Shown in pieces: positions 54,075-64,000 of a stretch of 64,000 nucleotides of DNA (its first letter is position 1; every line of letters begins with the position of its first letter). The notes beneath the pieces are model-generated. The model saw only the letters and a list, made by a program, of their open reading frames with translations. It was not told the origin of the DNA and did no database searches. The position numbers and the translations under genes were made by a program. The DNA is from the human T2T-CHM13v2.0 reference genome, Homo sapiens: assembly GCF_009914755.1 (NCBI RefSeq), contig NC_060927.1, one strand, 5' to 3'.

Positions 54075-54309
54075 TTAAAATGTGAATTACAACATATTAG
54101 ATAATAGCATTTCTCATGATGTCTACTCTACTTGAGAATTAACTGCTGATGATATTGAAAACAATGAGTAATTTTTGTAAATTTATTGAAACGTCAAGAC
54201 TGTTCAATGACTACTTTTTTTGTTTGTCTACATTTTAACTTCTTTGAAGGCAAAGAAATCCTAGTAGCCTCCTCAGTGCAGTGTCTAACGTAGGCTAATG
54301 CTATGGACC

Positions 54310-55090
54310 TGGCAAACACCTATTGTCTTACAATGATACATTTCTATGTATGACTGTGGTTTCCTAAGCTTTTCATATTCATTATCTCATTCAACATATA
54401 CAACAATCCTGTGAGGTGAATAGGGTATGTGTATTACTCTACTTTACAGATAAATAAGCTAAGTTTTAGAGGCTTGACATGTCTTTTCCTAGGACACAAA
54501 GCAAATATATGGCAAAGCCAGGGCTAGCACTTGATCTTTAGTCTTGCTCACCAGGATTATTTACTGACACACAATGAAAACTAGATTAAAAGTGCCATGA
54601 GGATTTAGGATAAGCTAAAAGATTCTTAAAATGCAATTGGACCCATAATACATTACTCACAAGTTACAGAAAGCATCTATTTTACACACACACAATTATT
54701 TACACACGGCAGCTTTGCAGTGAATACTTTGAGTGAGATTTAAAAAATAGACTCTATTCCACCCAATTAATCAGCATCAGATAGCAAGGAGGCTGCTAAA
54801 CTTTCTGGAATTTAAAACTTTGCAAAGAGGAAGATAGTGTGTAGAAAGTGGATAAATGCTGGAGTCAAACAAATCTTCATTCTGTCATTGACCAGCTATG
54901 ATACCTTGAAAAAATTCACCTTAATTCTATGAATGTTAAGTCCCTTGCCTGTAAAATAAAGTATATGTATATGTTAAAATTTTAATCTCTAATAAGGATT
55001 ACGCAAAAATATATGTGAAACTAAGAATGTACATACAGAGTACCTAGTCCAGGGCCTTGAGTAGTGAGAGTGCACAATAAGAGTTAATTC
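54310..55090. mobile_element. Two MIR fragments (minus ~54310-54560, plus ~54835-55090)
   Basis: caacaatcctgtgagg...ctttacagataaataagct; gctggagtcaaac...tctgtcattgaccagctatgatacc. Confidence 0.65.
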
Positions 55091-56477
55091 CTACCCTAAC
55101 TTATTGGAAGGGCAAAAGGATGTGCTAGGACTGTTAGGATTTGAACATTAAAGAACATATTGAGTGAAGTGTTATTACTCATTCCCACTACATCCTCAAA
55201 ATTTTATTGAATCGTTCACGCACCAAACCACAGTATATTCCAGAAAAAGCAAATATAGGCATATTATTGCAATACTAATACAGTTTTCCATTGACTAGTA
55301 CACTAAGAAATCACCAGCATGTATTACCATCATGGCAGGTGATTTAAATGAATGTCAGGTGCAACATATTGTATTTCCATTTGACTGTTTTGCAGTGCAG
55401 GAATCAATGAGAAAGAACAAGGCAACAGTTTGAGCCACAAAGGGGAAAAAAGGAGAAAATGGAATAATTGCATTCACCCTAGTGCAGAAATGTACAAGTG
55501 TAAGTGGCATGAAAGGAAATATACATAATTATAGTGTGCATAGAACTGGGAACAAATGGAAAGAGTGGCTGTGTTGACTGAGAAAGAGAAGAAAAATCGG
55601 AGAAACTGGCCACTCTGCATTCCAGACACAGGCAGATTTCATCTGCAAACAGTGCCCTGGCCAGACTTGCCAGTTACGTGGATGACAAAGCAGAAAACAA
55701 ATGCACTGATTAAAGTGCTGAATTCATCCTCAGACTGAAATACAACTTACAGCAGAAAAAGAGGGGGCCTAAACTGGAGATGACAATCTGGCATTTTGAT
55801 GCAGACAGGCTGGGATAGATGGCATACCTGGAGTATCAAAATTCATTTTCCCTTGTGTAAATAAATGCTCATAAACTGTAAAGTGGGTAACGAAGGTTGG
55901 GTTTGTTTGGACCAGAGATGTTAGAAAACAGTCAACACTTTGTTCCCTATTGTAAGAACACAGCAGCCTCAAGATGTGCTAAGATTGACCACCCACAACT
56001 TCCCTGGTGGACATGCAGTAGCTCTTCTGTGATTTGTAGTAAAATATCAGCCCTTCCTGGCAATGCACATTACTGCATAATTGCAGATGTACTACAGTCT
56101 AACTGGTATAACAGAACTCTACACAACTACAGTTAGAAAAGCTAACATGACACCAAATGCCCACGCCACCAGTGAATCACAGCAAGAGAAAAAGAAATTG
56201 CATTGTCTATGCATTATTGGAAAAGAATATTTTATACTGTCGAGGGGCTAGAGGCTGGCTTGTTCACCCTCAGCAACACTATCTGCCTTACTAGCTGGCT
56301 GACAGTTCATTGCTTGTATAATTTATAATAATTCTGGGTGTGTATTAGTGCTAGCAAGTGTGATAAGCATGAGTAACTATGACCCCTCCTAAAGTGCAAG
56401 GTATTCTAAAAGCTAAGATCCTTGTTTGCTCACTAGTCAAGGACATGGGAGTTTTGGGTCTTGATATTCCTTAGAGG

Positions 56478-56610
56478 GCAGTGTTTCTCAAACACACATA
56501 TCTCATGTATACAAAGCTGCTGGAGATTTTGTTTAAATGCAGGTTCTGCATCAGTAGGCCTGGAGTACAGCTAAAAGTCTGCATTTCTAAGAAAAGTCAG
56601 GTGATAACCC
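56478..56610. mobile_element. MER5-like fragment
   Basis: gcagtgtttctcaaac...tttaaatgcaggttctg...tcagtagg...ctgcatttctaa. Confidence 0.65.
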
Positions 56611-56770
56611 TAGAGCACATGGCACAGCAAATAGTAGATGTGTAATTATTAAATGGACTAGAGTTAAATATCAAGGCCCTTAGATTAAGCAACCGTATTT
56701 CAAATCCAAAGAGTGGAGTGGATTAGCTATACACTTTCCTCTCACTCTAAATTCCAACATACAGTTTAAG

Positions 56771-57226
56771 AAGACTTGGAACCAACCCAAATGCCCATCA
56801 ATGATAGACTGGACAAAGAAAACGTGGCACATATACACCATGGAATACTATGCAGCCATAAAAAAGGATGAGTTTATATCCTTTGCAGGGACATGGATGA
56901 AGTTGAAAACCATCATTCTCAGCAAGCTAACACAAGAACAGAAAACCAAACACCACATATTCTCACTCTAAGTGGGAGTTGAACAATGAGAACACATGGA
57001 CACAGGGAGGGGAATATCACACACCGGAGCCTGTAGGGGGTGGGGGACTAGGAGATGGATAGCATTAGAAGAAATACCTAATGTAGATCACAGGTTGATG
57101 GGTGCAGCAAACCACCATGGCACATGTATACCTATGTAACAAACTTGTACATTCTGCACACGTACCCCAGAACTTGAAGTATAATAATAATAATAATAAT
57201 AATAATAATTATAATAATAATAATAA
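56771..57226 (+). mobile_element. 5'-truncated L1PA (PA7/8-like) 3' end with (TAA)n tail
   Basis: aagacttggaaccaacccaaatgcccatcaatg...gggtgcagcaaaccaccatggcac...; aagact on both flanks. Confidence 0.93.
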
Positions 57227-57826
57227 AGACTGTTACCTTTGGAATCCTACAGTCCTGAATTTAGGCCTTAACTTTGCAATTTACTAAATATGTGATCTTC
57301 AGTAAGTTAACTTCTCTGAATCTCATTTTTGTACCTAAAAAATATCTCGACTACTTATATACTACCTATATTACCTGTTAAATGTTACCTACCTCAGAAG
57401 TTAGTTCTGAGAATTGAATAAAATAATGCACTTAGAATGTATACCACAGTGCCTGGCATCTATAAGATAATAAAAATGACAACCAATATTGTTATTGCCA
57501 CTATGTAAGTATTTCCAACGACCAGTTTCTAATGTTAGCAGAAGGATGAGAGTAATTATAATGGAGGGAAGATTTACTCATTTATTAACTAATAAATATT
57601 TATTGAGGACTTTTCTGAGACAATCATAGTCTAGCACTGAGGATACGACATTTAAAAAGTAAGAGAATGACTGTGCTTTCATGCAGCTGTCATTCTAGAG
57701 GGAGAAAAAAATAAATAATAAAACATGTAAATAATACAAATAGTGATATATATGTTTTAAAAATAAAGTATCCAACTATATGACATTATAGAGAAAAAAA
57801 GTGTGGAGATAGTAAAGTTAGTGGCT

Positions 57827-59532
57827 AGTCTGATACAATCCCATTTGTTTATATTTACTTTTGTTACCTGGATTTTGAGGTCTTATTCATAAAATCCTTT
57901 CCTATGCCAGTGTCCTGAATTGTTTTCTCTATGTTTTCTTCTAGTAGTTTTACAGTTTCAGGTCTTATATTTCAGTCTTTGATTCATTTTGAGTTGATTT
58001 TTGTGTAGGAAGAGAAGCAGGGACCTAGTTCCATTCTTCTGCATATAGTTATCCTGTTTTCCCAGCACTAATTATTGAAGATATTGTCCTTCCCACAATG
58101 ACTGTTCCTGGCGCCTTTGTCAAAAATTAAATGTTGGCTGTAGATATGTGGATTAATTTCTGGACCCTGTCATCTGTTCCATTGGTCTGTGTGTCTGTTT
58201 TTATAACAACATCATGCTATTTTAGTTACTACAGCTTTGTAATATATTTTGAAGTCTGGTAGTGTGATGCCTTCAGCTTTGTTTGTTTTGCTCAGAATCG
58301 TTTTGGCTATTTGGGGTCTTTTGTGGTTCCATACAAATTTTATGATTAAAAAAAATCCTGTGAAGAATATCATCGGTATTTTGATAGAGATTTCACTGAA
58401 TCTGTAGATTGCTTTGGGTAGTATTAAATAACCAACAAAGTGAAAAGGCAACCTATAAAATGAAATAAAATATTTGCAAACTATTCATACAACAGAAGAT
58501 TAATGTCCAGAATATACAAGAAACTCAAACATCTCAACAGCAAAAAACAAACAATTCAATTTAAAAATGGGCAAATGAACTGAAAAGACATTTTTCAAAA
58601 GAAGATATGCAAATGGCCAAGAAATACATGAAAAAAATGCTCAACATCACTAATCAACAGGGAAATGCAAATCAAAACCACAATGAAGTATCACCTCACC
58701 CCAATTATAATGGCTGTAATCAAAAATACAGAAAATAACAAATGCTGGCAGGGATGCAGAAAAAAGGTTACTCTTATATGCTGTTGATGAAAATGTAAAC
58801 TCATAACACCGCTATGGAAAACAGTATGGAGGTTCCTCAAAAAACTACAAATAGAACTACTGTACGACCCAGTAATCCTACTACTGAGCATCTATCCCAA
58901 GGAAGGGAAATTAGCAATATCAAAGAGACATCTGCACCCCATGTTTATGGCAGTACTATTCACAATAGCCAAAATATGGAGTCAATCTAGGTGTCCAACA
59001 ACTGATGAATGGATAAAGAACATATGATATAAATACACAACGAAATACCATTCAGCCATAAAAAAGAATAAAATCTGTCATTCACAGCAACATGGATGGA
59101 AGTGGAGGGCATTACATTAAATGAAATAAGCCAGGAATAGAAAGTTAAAGTTCTCAATCATATGTAGAAGCTGAAAAAGTTGATCTCATAGAAGTTAAAA
59201 GTAGAACAGAGAATACTACAGGCTGGGAAGAGTAGGGTACAGGGGAAATAGGGAGAGATCTGTTAAAACATAAAAATTACAGCTAGATAGGAAGAGTAAG
59301 TTCTAGTGTTCCATACCACTGTAGTGTGATTATAGTTAATAATAATATGTAGTTTCAAATAGCTACAAGGAGGATATTGAATGTTCCCAACACAAGAAAA
59401 TGATAAATGTTTGAGATAATGGATATCTTAATTACCCTTCTCTGATCATATACATTACATGTATTGCAAAATCACAATGTACCCCCACAGATATGTACAA
59501 TTATTATAGGTCAGCTTAGAAAAGAAAAAAAA
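57827..59532 (+). mobile_element. L1MA (MA4-like) insertion with 5' inversion
   Basis: 57827-58425 is antisense ORF2 (ORF 58212..58451 -, LPKAIYRF...[12 protein letters not shown]); 58426-59532 is sense ORF2 end plus 3'UTR and A tail; TSD aaagttagtggct/aaagtcactggtt. Confidence 0.9.
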
Positions 59533-59611
59533 AGTCACTGGTTGCTAGGGGTTAGTGAAGATGGGGAGATCAATCGGCAAAGCACAGAGGACTTTAAACA
59601 CAGTGAAACTA

Positions 59612-59933
59612 CAGTCATCCAGCAGTATTCCTGGGGGACTGGTTCCAGAACCCCTGTGGATACCAAAATCCACATACAATGGTGTAGTATTTGCATATCA
59701 CCAGTAAACATTCTCCCATGTACTTTAGATCATCTCTAGATTCTTTATAATACCTACTACAATGCAAATACTATGTAAATAGTTGTTATACAATATTTTT
59801 CAGGGAATAAGGAAAACAAAAGAAGTCTGTACATATTCAGTATAGACACAACTGTCCATTTTTTTTAAGTATTTTTGTTTCACAGTTGGTTGAATCCACA
59901 GATGTAGCACCCATGAATATGGAGGGCTGACTG
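59612..59933. mobile_element. MER2 (TcMar-Tigger)
   Basis: cagtc...ggttccagaacccctgtggataccaaaatcc...gttggttgaatcc...ggagggctgactg, with TA on both sides. Confidence 0.88.
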
Positions 59934-61073
59934 TATGCTGCATGTTAGTTACTATAAAGGTGGATACATGTCATTAAACATTTGTTTAAACTGATAGAAT
60001 GTACAACACCTAGAGAGAACCCTAATGTAAACTATGGACTTTGGATGATAATGATGTGTCAATGTAGGTTCACCAATTCAATTCTAACAAATGTCTTATT
60101 CTGGCTTAAGATGTTGATAGTGGGGAGATTGTGTATGTGGTGAGAGGGAGAGGATATATAGGAACTTTCTGCTCAATTTTCCTGAGAACTTAAAATGGCT
60201 CAAAACATAAAGTCTATTATTTAAGAAGTAAAAAATTAGTAGGCAAATAAATAATACTAAAGAGGACAGATTACAGCTGGCTGGGTCATGGGTAAGGTGA
60301 GGGGTATTTGAGACATCATGGTCAGGGAAGTTCCTTCCCAGGAGGTGGTATTTGTGCAAAACCTAAAAAATGAGAAGGATCCAACTAAGCAAATCCTTCT
60401 ACCACCTTATCCATCAAATTCTATGTTGATGATTACACATCCTCTCAGAGCTGTGAAGTGTAGTTGAATTAAGGCTGATAAGAAGTGTCCACTCTCAGGC
60501 ATGTACAAGTTGCTGCCACAGTGTGTATGCAACTGTTTCTAAACAGCAAAGTTTCAATAGATACTTGTTAAGGAAAAGATCTATGATACCACTGTGGGAC
60601 CCAGGAAAACGTTGCTGTTTATGAGTATCTGGCACTTCTAATTAAATTAGTGCACAAAGGCCCAAAAAAAAAAAAACACAGAAAAATACAGGTCAATATC
60701 CCTGATTAAGATAAATGCAAAAATCCTCATCAAAATACTAGCAAACCAAATCCAGCAGCACACAAAAAGTCAATTTACTATGATCAAGTAAGCTTCTTTC
60801 CTAGGAGGCAAGGTTGGTTCAACATATGAAAATCAATAAATGTGATTCTCTCTATAAATAGAATTAACAAAAACCATATGACCATCTCAATAAACACAGG
60901 AAAAGCTTTCAATAAAATTTAACATCCCCTCATGATAAAAACCCACAGGAAACTAGGCATCAAAGGAACATATCTCAAAATAATAAGACCTTATATGACA
61001 AATCTATAGGCAACATCATACTGAATAGGTAAAAGTTGGAAGCATTCCCCTTGAAAACTGGAACAAGACATGA

Positions 61074-61169
<96 letters not shown>

Positions 61170-61410
61170 TAAGAAGTTAAATTATATCTCTTTGCTGACA
61201 GTATCATTCTATGCCTAGAAAACATTAAAGACTCTGCCAAAAGGTTCCTGGAACTGATTAATCACTTCAGTAAAGTTTTAGGATACAAAATCAATGCACA
61301 AAAATCAGTAGCATTTCTGTACACCAATAATGTTCAAGCTGAGAGCCAAATCAAGTACACAATTCCATTTACAATATCAACAAAAAAATAAAGTAAAATA
61401 TCTAGGGATG

Positions 61411-62422
61411 TATTGGGGGAACCTGTCCCCAATATTTCAACATAGATTCTATTTTCCATAAGTGTTGGCCGGCTGAGAAATAAAGAGAAAGAGTACAAAG
61501 AGAGGAATTTTACAGCTGGGGGTGCTGGGGGTGACATCACATATCAGTAGGACTGTGATGCCCACCTGAGCCTCAAAACCAGCAGGTTTTTATTAAAGAT
61601 TTCAAAAGGGGAGGGGGTGTCTGAACAGGGAGTAGGTCACAAAGATCACATGCCTCAAAGGGCAAAAAGCAGAACAAAGATCACATGCTTCTGAGGAAAC
61701 AGGACAAAGGGCAAAAGGCAGAACTCCTGATAAGGGTCTATGCTCAGTGGTGCACGTATTGTCTTGATAAACATCTTAACAGAAAACAGGGTTCGAGAGC
61801 AGAGAACTGGTCTGACCAAAAATTTACCAGGATGGAGTTCCCCATTCCTAGTAAGCCTGAGGGTACTGCAGAAGACCAGGGCGTATCTCAGTCCTTATCT
61901 CAACCACACAGGACAGACATTCCCAGAGCGGCCGTTTATAGACCTCCCCCCAGGAATGAATTCCTTTCCCAGAGTATTAATATCAATAGTCTTTGTGAGG
62001 AAAAGAATTTAGTGATACTTCCCTACTTGCACGTTCATTTATAGTCTCTCTGCAAGAAGAAAAATATGGCTCTTTTTGCATGCACGTGCAGGCTGTCAGA
62101 CCTTATGATTGTCTTCCCTTGTTCCCTAAAAATCGCTGTTATTCTGTTCTTTTTCAAGGTGCACTGATTTCATACTGTTTGAACACACATGTTTTACAAT
62201 CAATTTGTACAGTTAACACAATTATCACAGTGGTCCTGAGGTGACGTACATCCTCAGCTTATGAAGATAACAGGATTAAGAGATTAAAGTAAAGATAGGC
62301 ATAAAAAATTATAAAAGTATTATTTGGGAACTGATAAATGTCCATGAAATCTTCATAATTTATGTTCCTCTTCTTCAGCTCCAGCCGGTCCCTCCGTTCA
62401 GGGTCCCTGACTTCCCACAACA
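61411..62422 (-). mobile_element. MER11 (HERVK11/HML-8, MER11A-like) solo LTR
   Basis: Minus strand starts tgttgtgggaagtcagggacc...ggagggaccggctggagc and ends ggttcccccaata; 6-bp TSD gg[g/a]atg. Confidence 0.92.
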
Positions 62423-63036
62423 GGAATGCATCCAATCAAGGAACTGAAAGATTTCTACAAGGAGAACTACGAACTACTGCTGAAATAAATCATAGAGGAC
62501 ACAAACAAATGAAAAAGCATTCCATGCTCACGGACTGGAAGAATCAATATTGTTAAAATGGCCATTCTGCCCAGAGCAATCTACAGATTCAATGCTATTC
62601 CTATCAAGCTACAAATGTCATTTTTTACAGAACTAGAAAAAACTATTCTAAAATTCATATGCAACCACAAAAGAGCCTGAATAGCAAAAACAATCCTAAG
62701 CAAAAAGAACAAAGCCAGAGGAATCACATTACCCAACTTCAAACTATGCTATAAGGCTATAGTAACTAAAACAGCATAGTATGGGTACAAAGCAGATATA
62801 GACCAATGGAACAGAGTAAAGAACCCAGAAATAAAGCTGCACACCTACAATCATCTGATCTTCAGCAGAGTCAACAAAAACAAGTAATAGGGAAAGGATT
62901 CCCTATTTAATACATGGTGCTAGGATAGCTGGCTAGCCACAGTAAAACTGGGCCCCTGTCTTTCATGATATACAAAAACTCAAGCTGAATTAAAGATTTC
63001 AGTGTAATACCTCACACTATAAGAATCCTAGAAGAG

Positions 63037-63337
<301 letters not shown>

Positions 63338-64000
63338 CTAGAAGAAAACCCAGGAAACACTGTTTTGTACATTGGCTTGGCCTTGGGAAAGAATCAATTA
63401 CTAAGTCCTCAAAAGCAAGTGGAATTGACAAGCGGAACCTAATGAAACTTAAGAGCTTCTGCACAGCAAAACAACTAACAACAGAGTAAACAGACAACCT
63501 ACAGAAAGGGAGAAAATATTCACAACTTATGCATCCACCAAAGGTCTAATATCTGGAATCTATGAGAAAGTTAAACAATTGAACAAGCCAAAAACAAATA
63601 ATCTCATTTTAAAAAGGCCCAACAAAAACAGAAAAATACAGATGCAAAAGACATGAACACACACACTTCTTAAAAGACATACAAGCAGCTAACAAACATG
63701 AAAAAAATGTTCAACATCACTAATTATCAGAGAAATGAAAATCAAGACCACAATGACATACCATCTCACAGCAGTCAGAATGGCTATTATTAAAAAGTCA
63801 AAACACAATAGATGTTGGTGAGCTGTAGAGAAAAGGGAATGCTTATAAACTGTTGGTGGGAATGTAAATTAGTATAGCCACAGTGGAAAGAAGTTTGGAG
63901 ATTTCTCAAAGAACTTAAAAGAGAACTACCATTCAACCCAGCAATCCCCATTACTGGGTATATATTCAAAAGGAAATAAATTATTCTACCAAAAAGACCC

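Larger units (their letters stand above)
57765..60235 (+). mobile_element. L1MC-type 3'UTR host, split by an L1MA and a MER2
   Basis: tccaactatatgacatt...ggagatagtaaagttagtgg resumes at ~59533 (ggttgctagggg...agcacagaggac) and after 59935 (gaatgtacaacacc...cctaatgtaaactatggacttt). Confidence 0.8.

Overview
Primate (human-like, catarrhine) genomic DNA: AT-rich, CpG-depleted and dominated by interspersed repeats. It contains about 17 Alu pieces (J, S and Y-like), large decayed L1 blocks (about 73-2370, 8915-20300 and 57765-64000), L2/MIR fragments, solo LTRs (MLT2, MLT1, MST, MER11) and DNA transposons (Tigger3/MER7, MER5A, MER2). I can support no protein-coding gene, RNA gene or CRISPR array. 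The provided ORFs are decayed L1 frames, Alu or microsatellite read-throughs, or unassigned. The main unique element is a small CpG-rich, motif-rich segment at about 28.8-29.8 kb that looks like a promoter or enhancer. The most unusual sequence-level observations are a ~107-bp near-perfect hairpin at 26800-26906, several short templated insertions copied from nearby or related DNA, a twin-primed inverted L1MA, a ~96-bp tandem duplication split by an AluY, and multi-layer TE nests. I see no convincing new biological system; the recurrent templated insertions are the best candidate for a pattern. Subfamily calls come from recalled consensus motifs, not from a RepeatMasker run.
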